Assembly (NCBI GenBank): GCA_965220745.1
Contig: CBDCQT010000012.1
Span: forward strand, 736,001-800,000
Origin: Alphaproteobacteria bacterium
GTDB taxonomy: Bacteria > Pseudomonadota > Alphaproteobacteria > UBA828
Reading direction: 5' to 3'
DNA: 64,000 nucleotides
The translations under genes and the position numbers were made by a program. The notes beneath the pieces were generated by a model, which was given only the letters and a program-made list of their open reading frames with translations, was not told where the DNA came from and ran no database searches. Numbering within the stretch: position 1 is the first letter of the stretch; every line of letters begins with the position of its first letter. Below, piece after piece: positions 8,836 to 19,967 of this stretch.

Positions 8836-9909
8836 ATGAGCGACGAGACAACACGCTTGGTCGAGCAAATCGCTGACGACCTGTTCGCGGCGGAGAGTGA
8901 GGCTGCGCGCGAGGCGCTCGTCCAGAATAGGTGGCCGCAGCGGATTTGGCAGATTTTCGCCGAGACCGGGCTGGCGCACGCGGCATTGCCGGAGGAAGCG
9001 GGCGGTGCGGGCCTCGCGGCGGGGCTTGCGGTGCTGCGCGCGGCAGGGCGCCATGCCGCGCCGATCCCGGTCGCGGAGACGATGATCGGAACCCTGCTTT
9101 GCCACCGCGCCGGCGTCGAGGCGCCGGACGGCCCGCTCACCCTCTATGCGCCGCCGACCGGGGCGTTGGCTGCTCAGCCGGAAGTGCTGGACGATATCGA
9201 CGCCGCCACTCTGCCGCGGGTGCCGTGGGCGCGAATCGCCGCTGTGCTCGCGGTGGGCGCTCCAGGCCATGGTCTGGCTTTCGTCAAGCCCAGCAACGTG
9301 ATCGAGGGTGCGAACCTGGCCGGCGAGCCGCGCGACGATGTGGTCGTCTCCGGCCCACCGGACCGCCTCCTTCCCCTGCCGCCGGAGGTGGACGGCTTCG
9401 CCCTCATGGCGCTCGCCCGCGCCGCCCAGTTGCGGGGCGCGATGGAGCAGGTGCTCGCCATGAGCCTGCAGTATGCGAGTGATCGCGTGCAGTTCGGCCG
9501 CCCGCTCAAGCGCTTCCAGGCAATTCAGCACTACTTGGCCGAAATTGCCGGGGAGGCCGCAGCCACCGGGGCTGCGGTGGATGCGGCGGCGCAGGCGTCG
9601 AATACCTTCGGCTTCGCTGCGGCCAAGGCGCGGGCGAGCCAGGCGGCGGGCACGGTCGCCCGTCTCGCCCATCAGGTGCACGGCGCCATCGGCTACACCG
9701 CCGAGCACGACCTGCACCACTGGACCAAGCGGCTCTGGGCCTGGCGCGACGAGTGCGGCAACGAGGCCTACTGGTGGCAGGGGCTCGGTGCGCACGCCGC
9801 GCAAGGCGGCGGTGCGGCGCTCTGGCCGGCGATGGTCGCTGCCTCCGGCAGCGCGGTATCAAGAGCCGCCTCCGGCAGCGCAGTAGCAGAGGAGGGAGAT
9901 CGCCCGTGA
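8836..9909 (+). CDS. Acyl-CoA dehydrogenase (short, partner-type chain)
   Basis: RVQFGRPLKRFQAIQH and HQVHGAIGYTAEH motifs; lacks the N-terminal SEP..GSD motif. Confidence 0.88.
   Translation: MSDETTRLVEQIADDLFAAESEAAREALVQNRWPQRIWQIFAETGLAHAALPEEAGGAGLAAGLAVLRAAGRHAAPIPVAETMIGTLLCHRAGVEAPDGPLTLYAPPTGALAAQPEVLDDIDAATLPRVPWARIAAVLAVGAPGHGLAFVKPSNVIEGANLAGEPRDDVVVSGPPDRLLPLPPEVDGFALMALARAAQLRGAMEQVLAMSLQYASDRVQFGRPLKRFQAIQHYLAEIAGEAAATGAAVDAAAQASNTFGFAAAKARASQAAGTVARLAHQVHGAIGYTAEHDLHHWTKRLWAWRDECGNEAYWWQGLGAHAAQGGGAALWPAMVAASGSAVSRAASGSAVAEEGDRP
9838..9891 (+). repeat. Imperfect 27-bp tandem duplication in the 3' end of the acyl-CoA dehydrogenase gene
   Basis: GCTGCCTCCGGCAGCGCGGTATCAAGA / GCCGCCTCCGGCAGCGCAGTAGCAGAG, encoding AASGSAVSR-AASGSAVAE. 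Confidence 0.7.
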
Positions 9910-10697
9910 GCGACGAGATCCGCCTGGAGGTCGCGGAGCGCATCGCGACGATCACGCTCAACCGGCCCGAGCGGCGCAACGCCTTCACCCGCTCCATGAT
10001 CGACGCCTGGGCGGCAGCGCTCGCCGAGTGCCGCGACCGCGAAGACGTGAACGTGGTGGTGGTGACCGGGGCGGGCAAAGCCTTCTGTAGCGGCGGCGAC
10101 ATCAAGGAGCTGATGGGGGAGGGCCTGGAGCAGGCGCCGGCCGAGCAGCGGGCGACGATCGGCGAGCACGTGCATCGCATTCCGCTCACCCTTGCCGACA
10201 TGGACAAGCCGGTGATTGCGGCGATCAACGGCGCGGCCATCGGCGCCGGCCTCGACCTTGCACTCGCGATGGACCTGCGCTTCGCCGCAGCCTCGGCCAG
10301 GTTCGCGGAGACCTACGTCAAGGTCGGGCTCGCGCCCGGCGCCGGCGGCGCGCACTGGCTGCCGCGGCTGGTGGGATCGGCGAAGGCGCTGGAATTGCTG
10401 TGGACGGGCGAGGCCATCGACGCGGCGGAGGCCGAGCGCATCGGCCTGGTCAACCGGGTCTGCGCCGACGACGCGCTGATGCCCCAGACCATGGAACTCG
10501 CACGCCAACTGGCGGACGGTCCGACTTTGGCCATCCGCGCCATCAAGCGGCTGGTGCGAGACGGCATCGGCGGCGATCTTCGCGCCGGACTGGATCGGGC
10601 TTCCGCTACCTACGGCGTGCTCGGCTCCACCGACGATCACCGTGAGGCGGTAATGGCGTTCGTCGAGAAGCGCGCGCCGCGCTTCCGGGGCCGGTAG
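9906..10697 (+). CDS. Enoyl-CoA hydratase/isomerase (crotonase family)
   Basis: ITLNRPERRNA, AFCSGGDI and KPVIAAINGAAIGAG motifs; GTG start overlaps the upstream TGA (GTGA). Confidence 0.92.
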   Translation: MSDEIRLEVAERIATITLNRPERRNAFTRSMIDAWAAALAECRDREDVNVVVVTGAGKAFCSGGDIKELMGEGLEQAPAEQRATIGEHVHRIPLTLADMDKPVIAAINGAAIGAGLDLALAMDLRFAAASARFAETYVKVGLAPGAGGAHWLPRLVGSAKALELLWTGEAIDAAEAERIGLVNRVCADDALMPQTMELARQLADGPTLAIRAIKRLVRDGIGGDLRAGLDRASATYGVLGSTDDHREAVMAFVEKRAPRFRGR

Positions 10698-10701
10698 GTC
10701 G

Positions 10702-11691
10702 GTGGCGGCGGAGAGCGAGGCCCCGCCGGACCTCGCGGCGATCGAGGCGGCACGGGCCACCCTCGGCGATCTGATCGTGGAGACCCCGGTGCACCGCTGG
10801 CGCGCGCCGGCGGTCGCGGACGCGCTCGGGCCCGAGAGCGCAGTCTTCCTCAAGCTCGAGCTGTTCCAGCGCACCGGCACCTTCAAGGCGCGGGGCGCGC
10901 TGCTCAACGCGCTGGCTCTCGACGAGGCGGGGCGGAAGCGCGGCGTCACCGCCGTCAGCGCCGGTAACCACGCCATCGCCGTGGCCTTCGCCGCGCACCG
11001 CGTTGGCACGTCGGCCAAGGTGGTGATGATGGAAGGCGCCGATCCCTTCCGCGTCGCCCAAGTGCGGCGCTACGGCGCTGAGCTCGTGCTGGTGCCGGAC
11101 GTGCACGCCGCCTTCGAGGCCGTGCGCGCCATCGAGGCGGACGAGGGGCGCACCTTCATCCATCCCTTCGAGGGCCGGACCATCGCGCTCGGCACGGCGA
11201 CGGTGGGCCTGGAGCTCGCGCGCCAGGTGCCGGTGCTGGATGCGGTGATCGTCCCCATCGGTGGCGGCGGGCTCTGCGCCGGCGTCTCCTGCGCCATCAA
11301 GACTGCCCAACCCCATTGCAAGGTCTACGGCGTGGAGCCCGAGGGCGCGGACACCATGCACCGCAGCTTCGCCGCAGGCTCGCCCCAGGCTATCGACAGG
11401 GTCACCACCATCGCCGACAGCCTCGGCGCGCCTTACGCCCAGCCCTACTCTTACGAGCTCTGCCGGCGCTACGTGGACGAGCTGGTGACGATCGACGACG
11501 AGGCCATGCGCCGCGCCATGGGGCTGCTCTTCGCCGAGATGAAGCTCGCCGTGGAGCCGGCGGGAGCTGCGGCGACGGCCGCGCTGTTCGGTCCGCTCGC
11601 CGGCCGGCTACGGGGCAAGCGCACGGCGGTCATCGTCTGCGGCACCAACATCGATGCGCGAAAGTTCATGGCCCAGGCGCTGTTCGCTTGA
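10702..11691 (+). CDS. PLP-dependent threonine/serine dehydratase family protein
   Basis: KLELFQRTGTFKARGA, SAGNHA, PIGGGGL and VEPAGA motifs. Confidence 0.9.
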   Translation: MAAESEAPPDLAAIEAARATLGDLIVETPVHRWRAPAVADALGPESAVFLKLELFQRTGTFKARGALLNALALDEAGRKRGVTAVSAGNHAIAVAFAAHRVGTSAKVVMMEGADPFRVAQVRRYGAELVLVPDVHAAFEAVRAIEADEGRTFIHPFEGRTIALGTATVGLELARQVPVLDAVIVPIGGGGLCAGVSCAIKTAQPHCKVYGVEPEGADTMHRSFAAGSPQAIDRVTTIADSLGAPYAQPYSYELCRRYVDELVTIDDEAMRRAMGLLFAEMKLAVEPAGAAATAALFGPLAGRLRGKRTAVIVCGTNIDARKFMAQALFA

Positions 11692-11736
11692 TGCGGCCGA
11701 TGCAGCGCCGGCATTATCTGCCCCGTCCTTGGACGG

Positions 11737-13488
11737 TCATTCGCTCTCTACGCCGTATGACCGGTACTCCACCAGTGCCGACCGACCTAAAACTTCCACA
11801 ATACGTACCAGCATCGTTCGACCTTCAGCGTCGGTCAGGCGCAGCTCGTCTCCCAGAACGAAGGAGACCGGCTGCTGACGCCCCTCGTTAATCGCGATGT
11901 TGGAGGCGTAGAGGTAAGTCCGGTCATGGGTATCTCGAATTGGGTTCAACCTACCGGAGAGCCCCGGCAGGTGACCGGTTGCTTCTGGGAAGACGACCGA
12001 GCCCCCGGAGGGTAATGGGTCCAGCTCCACGGAGAGCGGACGGTTCGCAGGCGTCCACTCTCGTTCCAGATGGGCAGCATATCCATCAGCGGCCACGAAC
12101 ACCGTCATGGGCAGATGCGTCGTGTGTAGATCGACAGCTGCCTCACCGTTCTCGTCGGTGGTCGCGCGCTTCCAAGTCTTGTTAGGGAAAAGAGTCAGCA
12201 GGTCAGCGCCAAGAACAGGCTGGCCGGCCGAGCGCACGGTGATGACGGCCAAGGCGGGACTCAGCTCTTGCGCCGCGGCGGGTATGGTGAGGCGGACCTC
12301 CGACCTGTCAATCAGGCAGTATTCCGGCATCCTACCGGTAAGTTCGCGGGTCTCCCGTTGGATAATAGGAACCCCGTCTCCTCGACGCTCCATAAAATAG
12401 CGTCTGTCCTCCGAGCCCCGGACCCCACCCACCGGCATCCGCCCCAACACGGAGGTCAATGCTTCATTGCGGGTCGCTTGCCGCATCGCCATGCTCTCTA
12501 CCGTCAGGTTGTTCGGGAGCGAGCCAGGCGACTGAATCTCCATACGATCGTCGAACATCGACAGGCGAATTTTGCTACCGCGCATCGAGTAGTCACGATG
12601 TGCGACGGCGTTGACCAGAGCCTCGAACAGCGCCCTCTCGCTGTATTCTGGTAAGTCGACGCGCTCCGGCTGCTTTCGTGCTGCAACCCGCATGTTTCTC
12701 AAGGCGAATGCTACCGCGTCGGCGATTTGCCGGTTCAGTGGGCCAATAATTTCCTGCGCGTCCATCTGCCCGGAGGCGCGATCATTTTCCCGATAACGGA
12801 CCGCCGTGACGCAGGCGTTAGGAAACCAGCGCTCGGGGTTACGCGTGCACAGCAATACGCCGGCCACCGTGGCGCGAGTCACACCAGCCTCGTCGGGAGC
12901 CAGGAGAGCCAGCTTACCCAGTGCTGCTTCGGGATCAGCCGCGCCCTCGGCGCTCAACAGCGGCTTCCAGAGCGAATCGTCAAGCGTCCCGAACCCGGTG
13001 CCCGGAACCGGTTGTTCGTCGAATGACTGAAAGCGCGCCTGTCCGCGCCGCTGCGCAAGGCGCAGCCGTTCGTCGCTGGACATCCTCCGTTTGGAGCCAC
13101 CCACCCGAAGGTAGCTACCGCCGGGGCTGTCATGCAGCGCTTCGCCCTCCGGAATGTGAACCAGTAGCACTTTCTTGTCGTCCTGGGGTTGCATGTGATG
13201 AGTGCCGATGCGTACCGCCGGTTTGATGGAATCCGTGCTGATCCCGACCAAAATCGCGTCCAACGCCACGATCTGGTCGCGTGAGAGGCCCTGCACGTCG
13301 CCTTGGTCGGTGACGCCGCAGAGCAGCACGCCTCCCTCCGAATTGGCGAACGCCGCGATCTCGTCAGCCAGATCGTCCCGGCGTGGGCTGGTCAGGCGAT
13401 CTCCGGCGAACGCAACCTGTTTGAATTCCCAGAGACTATCTTCGCCCAGCTGTAGCTGACGCAGGATATCTTGATCGCTGTATCTCAT
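11737..13488 (-). CDS. Schlafen/AlbA_2 + HATPase_c_4 (RecG-C-like) protein with a beta-rich C-terminal extension
   Basis: GEDSLWEFK and IAAFANSEGGVLLCGVTD (AlbA_2); EALVNAVAHRDY, IQSPG and ERRGDG (HATPase_c_4). Visibly lower GC than the flanks. Confidence 0.85.
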   Translation of the reverse strand: MRYSDQDILRQLQLGEDSLWEFKQVAFAGDRLTSPRRDDLADEIAAFANSEGGVLLCGVTDQGDVQGLSRDQIVALDAILVGISTDSIKPAVRIGTHHMQPQDDKKVLLVHIPEGEALHDSPGGSYLRVGGSKRRMSSDERLRLAQRRGQARFQSFDEQPVPGTGFGTLDDSLWKPLLSAEGAADPEAALGKLALLAPDEAGVTRATVAGVLLCTRNPERWFPNACVTAVRYRENDRASGQMDAQEIIGPLNRQIADAVAFALRNMRVAARKQPERVDLPEYSERALFEALVNAVAHRDYSMRGSKIRLSMFDDRMEIQSPGSLPNNLTVESMAMRQATRNEALTSVLGRMPVGGVRGSEDRRYFMERRGDGVPIIQRETRELTGRMPEYCLIDRSEVRLTIPAAAQELSPALAVITVRSAGQPVLGADLLTLFPNKTWKRATTDENGEAAVDLHTTHLPMTVFVAADGYAAHLEREWTPANRPLSVELDPLPSGGSVVFPEATGHLPGLSGRLNPIRDTHDRTYLYASNIAINEGRQQPVSFVLGDELRLTDAEGRTMLVRIVEVLGRSALVEYRSYGVESE

Positions 13489-13607
13489 CGCCGGTCTCTA
13501 GCCTCCGGCGTGGTCAACCTGTCGGTGTCGGACGCATCGGGTGGTGTGTCAGCGTCGTCCGAGCCGTGGAGCCTACCCCCACCGTCGCCCTTTCCGCATA
13601 TCTATTC

Positions 13608-14399
13608 CTACCAGCTATTCCGGAGTTCGCGGAGCTTGAGGAAGACCTCGCGTGGGCCGGGATCGTCCGAGAGGTCGGGGAAGGCCTCGCGCAGGCGCGC
13701 GATCACGCTCGGGCTATGGAGGCGGAAGAAGGTGTTGATCTCCTTCTCCAGCGCGAGCGTCGAGACCAGCGCGTCGTCGGGGTCCTGCGGCCCTATCTCC
13801 TCAAGCAACGCCGCCGCTCGCGCGTTGTCGGGCTCCCGGTCCAGGGTGAACTCCAGGTTGTTCTCGATGTAGTCGTGGCCGGGGTAGATCAGGGTCTCGT
13901 CCGGCAGCTTCGCGAGCTGTCCGGCGAAGGTCTCGTAAAGCTCCGCCGGGTGGCCGCCGGAATGGCAGTTGCCGGCGCCGGCGTTGAAGAGGGTATCGCC
14001 GCAGAAGAGGGCGGGTGTGTCGGTGCGGGACAGCAGGCACACGTGGCTCATGGTGTGGCCGGGGGTGTCCAGCGCTTCCAGCTCCACCGTGGCGCCCACC
14101 TTGATCACGTCGCCCGCGCCGAGCCCGCGGTCGATGCCGGGAATCTTGCCTTTGGCGTTGGCGTGGGCGAGCAGGCTGGCGCCGGTGGCCTTGACCACTG
14201 CCTCGTTGCCGCCGGTGTGATCGCCGTGCTCGTGGGTGTTGAGGATCTGGGTGATCTGCCAGCCCTTGTCCCTGGCCGCCTTGAGGCAGCGCTTGTGGTC
14301 CAGCGGGTCGACCGCGAGCGCTTCGCCGGTCTCGGGACAGGCGATGAGGTAGTTGAAGTTGCGGTAGGCGTTGGCGGTCCAGACTTGCTCGACGAGCAT
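13608..14399 (-). CDS. gloB: Hydroxyacylglutathione hydrolase (glyoxalase II)
   Basis: THEHGDHTGG metallo-beta-lactamase motif, TPGHT, FCGDTLF, YPGHDY; GGAG RBS before ATG 14399. Confidence 0.88.
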   Translation of the reverse strand: MLVEQVWTANAYRNFNYLIACPETGEALAVDPLDHKRCLKAARDKGWQITQILNTHEHGDHTGGNEAVVKATGASLLAHANAKGKIPGIDRGLGAGDVIKVGATVELEALDTPGHTMSHVCLLSRTDTPALFCGDTLFNAGAGNCHSGGHPAELYETFAGQLAKLPDETLIYPGHDYIENNLEFTLDREPDNARAAALLEEIGPQDPDDALVSTLALEKEINTFFRLHSPSVIARLREAFPDLSDDPGPREVFLKLRELRNSW

Positions 14400-14423
14400 G
14401 TGCAATCTCCCGCGTGTGCGGCG

Positions 14424-14987
14424 TTAGTCGGGGTCCAGCTCGGAATCCCAATAGAGGTAGTCACCCCAGCTCTCGTGCAGGTAACGGGGCGGGAAGCGCC
14501 GGCCCGCCTGGTGCAGGTCGTAGGCGCTGGGCGGACGCGGCTTGCGCGCCGGCCGCATGCCGCACTCCCGCGGCAGCCGGTTGCCCTTGGCGAGGTTGCA
14601 GGCGCTGCAGGCGGTGATGACGTTGTCCCAGGTGGTGCGCCCCCCGCGCGAGCGCGGCACCAGGTGGTCGAAGGTGAGGTCCTCCACCGGAAAGGGCGCT
14701 ACGCAGTATTGGCAGGTGAACGAATCCCGCAGGAAGACGTTGAACCGCGTGAACGCGGGCCGGCGCGCGAGCGGGCGGTAGCGCTTGAGTGCGACCACGC
14801 TTGGCAGCCGGATGGCAGTGCTGGGGGAGCGGATCGCCCGGTCGTATTCCGAGAGGATGGTCACCCGGTCGAGGAACGCCGCCTTGACCGCGTCCTGCCA
14901 GCCCCAGACAGAAAGCGGGAAGTAGCTGAGCGGGCGGTAGTCGGCGTTGAGCACGAGGGCTGGGCAGCTCTCCAAGGATGCTTGCAC
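14424..14987 (-). CDS. HNH endonuclease (McrA-like)
   Basis: ALVLNADYRPLS, CQYC, TFDHLVPRSRGG and CSACNLAKG motifs. GTG start at 14987 is inferred. Confidence 0.88.
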   Translation of the reverse strand: MQASLESCPALVLNADYRPLSYFPLSVWGWQDAVKAAFLDRVTILSEYDRAIRSPSTAIRLPSVVALKRYRPLARRPAFTRFNVFLRDSFTCQYCVAPFPVEDLTFDHLVPRSRGGRTTWDNVITACSACNLAKGNRLPRECGMRPARKPRPPSAYDLHQAGRRFPPRYLHESWGDYLYWDSELDPD

Positions 14988-15139
14988 GGTTCCAGGCCCC
15001 CTCAACACGGCTCCGGCGCGCCTGCCAGCGGCCTAATCTCCGCCGGCGCGCCAGATTGCGGGCGCATCATGCCAAAGAGAAGCCAAAGGGCAAAGCCGGG
15101 AGAGGGTCGCCGCGCCCGGCCCCCGTCGCCCGTCGGCGC

Positions 15140-16249
15140 CTACTCGACCACGAATGTCGGCGAGAAGTCGGCGGGTGCGAGCGAAAGGCGTGTGTTGAAC
15201 GAGTCGAGATTGGCCTGCTCGACGATGTGGATCAAAGGCCCGGCGTGCGGGTGCTCGAGCTTGCCTTCGAGGAGCCGCACGGCCATCTCGATGCCCATGC
15301 GGCCTTGCAGGGCGGGGAAGTCGGTGGGCGCGGCGAGAATCTTGTCACGTTTGATGCCGCGATAGACCGCGTGGGTGAAGTAGTCCGCCAGCACCCGGAT
15401 CTGGCCGGTGAGGCCACGCGCCCTGAGCAGGCTCACCGCCGCGCCTGCGGTAACCGCGCTGCCCACGATGTAGTCGACATCGGGGCGTTCCTCCAGCGCT
15501 TCCTCGACCAGGATCAACTGGATTTCACGGCCGGTGTCGCCCCACTTTCTCACGACGATGTCGACCGCGCTGCCCGCGAGTGCCTCGGTGAACCCTTCTT
15601 CGACGAAATAGGCCCACTGCGATTCCCGCGGGCCGGGGAACCACGCCACCTTGACCGTCGGCGTGCCCGCCGGATGGAGGCTGGCGAGGTAGGCACCGGT
15701 GACCGCCCCCATCGTGACCCAGGAGACGGCGGCCTTGGCACTGATGCCGGCGTCGGCGATGTCGTTGACCACGGCGAGCACAGGGATTTCCTCGCTGATC
15801 GCGAGCACCGCCTCGGTCAGCCCGTTGAAGCTCACCGCTCCCAGCGCCAGGATGTCGGCGTCCTGGGCGCATTCGGTGATCTGGGCGATCTGGCGTTCGA
15901 GATTGGGGTAGCCTCCCGCCTCGACAACGCGAAGCGCGACGCCGAGCCGCTTCGCCTCCTCGACCATGCCGTAGTTGACGCTGAGCCAGTACGAATCCTT
16001 GAGGTGGGGGTATGAGGCGCAGATGCGCCACTTCTGCGACGCGCGCTCGAGGGGGCGATAGGTGATGGTCGTCGTCGGGCTGCGGAAGTCGAAGGGCGGC
16101 GACCAGGCTTCGAGCGCCCACGTCGAGGGGGACGCGGAGGCCTCCACTGCTTGTCGCTCTGACCCCAACGTCGGCCCCGCGGCCAACGCCAAGCCCGCGA
16201 GGAGGCCGAGCAACAGGCTTGGTAGGCACCGTAATCTCATGGCTGGCAT
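15140..16249 (-). CDS. torT: TMAO-sensing periplasmic protein TorT
   Basis: Signal peptide; YPHLKDSYWLSVNYGMVEEAKRLG, WGDTG and YFTHAVYRGIKR motifs; divergent from torS. Confidence 0.9.
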   Translation of the reverse strand: MPAMRLRCLPSLLLGLLAGLALAAGPTLGSERQAVEASASPSTWALEAWSPPFDFRSPTTTITYRPLERASQKWRICASYPHLKDSYWLSVNYGMVEEAKRLGVALRVVEAGGYPNLERQIAQITECAQDADILALGAVSFNGLTEAVLAISEEIPVLAVVNDIADAGISAKAAVSWVTMGAVTGAYLASLHPAGTPTVKVAWFPGPRESQWAYFVEEGFTEALAGSAVDIVVRKWGDTGREIQLILVEEALEERPDVDYIVGSAVTAGAAVSLLRARGLTGQIRVLADYFTHAVYRGIKRDKILAAPTDFPALQGRMGIEMAVRLLEGKLEHPHAGPLIHIVEQANLDSFNTRLSLAPADFSPTFVVE

Positions 16250-19232
16250 GATGCGGCCGATTGCCTTTCAATTCCAACCGGTGTTCTAATTTCGCGATGT
16301 TCGGCCGCTTCGGCATTGCGAGCCGCCTGTTCGCCTCGTTTGCGGTGGTGGCGGCTCTCTCCATCGCAGCCGGGATCATCGGCTGGGTCGTTCTGCGTAA
16401 CGTCGACACTGCGCAGACCACCATCGTCGACGAGGCCATGCCGGCGATCGCCGAGGGGCGGATCATCGCCGAGACCTCCACTCAGATTGCAGCGCACGGC
16501 GCCCTGCTCGCCACGGCCGAAAGCCAGAGTGAGCGGCAGACCCAGGCCAATATCCTGCGCTCGACCACCGATCTGCTCTCTGCGCGGCTCGATGCGCTGG
16601 AAGGCTACGGCTTCCCCGAACAGGAAGTGGACGAACTTCGGGGCGTGGTCTCGGCGCTCTCGGCCAACCTGGACAGACAGAACGAGCTCGTCGACGCCCG
16701 GATCGGGATGACTGCGGCCCTCGCCGCGTCCATCGCGCGCACGCTGGATGCGGCGGGCGAGCTCTCGGCGCTTTCCGAGACGCTGACCTCCAACGCGGCG
16801 TCCGGGGCCACCGTCGTCATCTCCAACCTCTACGAGCTTGCCGAGGATACGGCGCGCCTCGCAGCCATGCTGGATGCCTTCGACCGGCTGGTGGAGGCGG
16901 ACCTCTTCCTGCTTGAGCGGATGTTCGAACTCAGGATGCGCGCCTCGGAGCAGGGTTTGCTTCTGAACCAGCTCGGCCGCGCGCGGGATACCGGCGAGAT
17001 CGAATGGATCGAGGAGCGCTACAGCGGCAACCTCCGCATTCTCGAGCGCCGGGTGGCTCTGATCGATGACCCGATCCGCCGCGAGCAGGCGGGGTCGCTC
17101 GTCGCGGCGCTCTCTTCCGACGGGCCGCCCGGCACGCTCGGCCTGTTCAGCCAGCGCCGCCGGGCGCTGCACCTCGACGCGGCGCTCGCGGTCCTGGCGG
17201 ACGACAACCGCGCCCTGACCGACCGGATGAACGAGGGCGTCGCTGCGGTCGTCTCCCGCTCCCAGCAGATCGCCGCCGACGCATCCGCGGCGGCGGATAG
17301 TGCCGTCGAGTTCGGCGGCCTCACCGTCCTGCTCCAGATTGTGCTGTTCATCGCGATCGCAGTCGCCATTGCCTGGCTCTACGTCCATCGCAACATCGTC
17401 CACCGGCTCACGTCGCTGCACAGGGTCATGCAGAGCCTCGCGGCCGGGCGGCTCGACGTGGCGGTGCCGACAGGCGGACGGGACGAGCTCTCCGACATGG
17501 CCGATACGGTGCGCGTCTTCCGCGACCAGGCGATCGACAAGCGGGAGCTTGAGAAGGAGCGGGAACAGACCAACGCTGAGTTGCGGCAGCACAAGGAACA
17601 CCTGGAGAGACTGGTCGCGGAACGCACGGCGCAGCTGACCGAGGCCAATGCCCGGCTGGTCGAGGAGGTGCGGAACCACGATCGCGCCCGTGCCCGCGCC
17701 GAGCAGGCGAGTCGTGCCAAGTCGGAGTTCCTCGCCACCATGAGCCATGAGATCCGTACCCCGATGAACGGGGTTCTCGGCATGCTGCGGCTCATGGCCG
17801 ACGGTCCGCTCAACGAGCGGCAGCGCCAGCAGGTCAGGGTCATGCGCTCGTCGAGCGAAATCCTACTGGGCATTCTCAACGACATCCTCGACTACTCGCG
17901 GGTCGAATCGGGTGAGATCGAAGTGGAGCGCGCGGTCTTCGACCTGCACGAGCTGGTCGAGGACATCGTGGTGCTGATGCAGGGCCGCGCCAGGGAGAAG
18001 GAGCTCGCCCTAGACCTGGCGATTGAGGACGGCGTGCCGGCGGCGGTGACCGGCGATCGCCAGAAGCTGAGCCAGGTGCTGCTCAACTTGCTCGGCAACG
18101 GCATCAAGTTCACGGACCGCGGCGCTGTCACGCTCGAGGTCTCGAACGGCGCGGAGCCCGATGCGATCCGCTTGGCCGTGCGTGACACCGGCCCCGGTAT
18201 CGCCAAGGCCGACCTCGCCCATCTCTTCGAGCCCTTCTATCAGGCGGCCGCGTCGCGCCGGCACGGGCAGCAGACCGGCACCGGGCTCGGACTCGCCATT
18301 TCGAGGCGGCTGGTCACGGCGATGGGGGGCGAAATCGGAGTGGAGACGGAGCCGGGAGACGGAAGTTGCTTCTCCGTCACGCTGCCGCTGCCGCGGGGCG
18401 AAGCGGCCGCCCAGCCGCCGGTCGAGGCGGTAGCATACGAGGCAGCTGGCCACGGCCAATCGCTCGACGTCCTTATCGTGGAGGACAACGTGGTCAACGC
18501 CATGGTGGTGGAGGCCTTCGTCGCCAGGATGGGCCACAAGCCCCTCGTCGCGCCCACCGCGGAGGAGGGGCTCGAACTGCTGGAGGAGCAGGCGTTCGAT
18601 CTTGTCCTCATGGACATCAGCCTGCCCGGCATCGACGGCATCGAGGCGACCCAGCGCATCCGCGCCCACGCCGATGCGGCGATCCGCTCGCTGCCGGTCA
18701 TCGCCATGTCGGCTCACGTGTTCGACAACGAGGTCGCCCAGCACCTGCAGTCAGGGATGGATGCCTTCATCGGCAAGCCCATCGCGCCCGACGGCCTGGC
18801 GCAGACCATCGCCAGCGTTCTCGGCCGCACGCCCGGCGAGCGCGCCGCCATGGACGGCGGCCGTGCCGGTGACAGCGGGGAGTCGATCATTGATCCCGCC
18901 GTCCTCGCGCAGGATCGCGCGGTGCTGGGGGCGGAGCGCGGCGGCTTGATGGTCGATACCTTTATCGAGACGGCGCCGGCTCAGATTGAGGGCATCAGGC
19001 AGGCGCTGGCCGAGGGGCGGACGGAGCGGGCGGCCGACCTCGCCCACGCGCTGAGAGGAGCCGCCGGCAGCCTTGGGCTGCGCCGCCTCGCGGACCGCTG
19101 CGGCGTGCTCGAGGCGCGCGCCCGCACGCCGGAGGCGGCGGCAGTTGCCGAGGACCTGGACCGGTTGTTCGACGAATCGCGCGAAGCGCTGGTGACGCTC
19201 TGGGCGGGTCTCGAAACGGCCGAACGTGAGGG

Positions 19233-19937
<705 letters not shown>

Positions 19938-19967
19938 CTCCGGGCCCCGCGCCTCGATCTCCACCTC

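Noticed and set aside
14424-14987. HNH endonuclease as a mobile, homing or defence element
   Set aside because: GC content looks like the host's, there are no flanking repeats or intron context, and this small HNH family is a routine alphaproteobacterial chromosomal gene.
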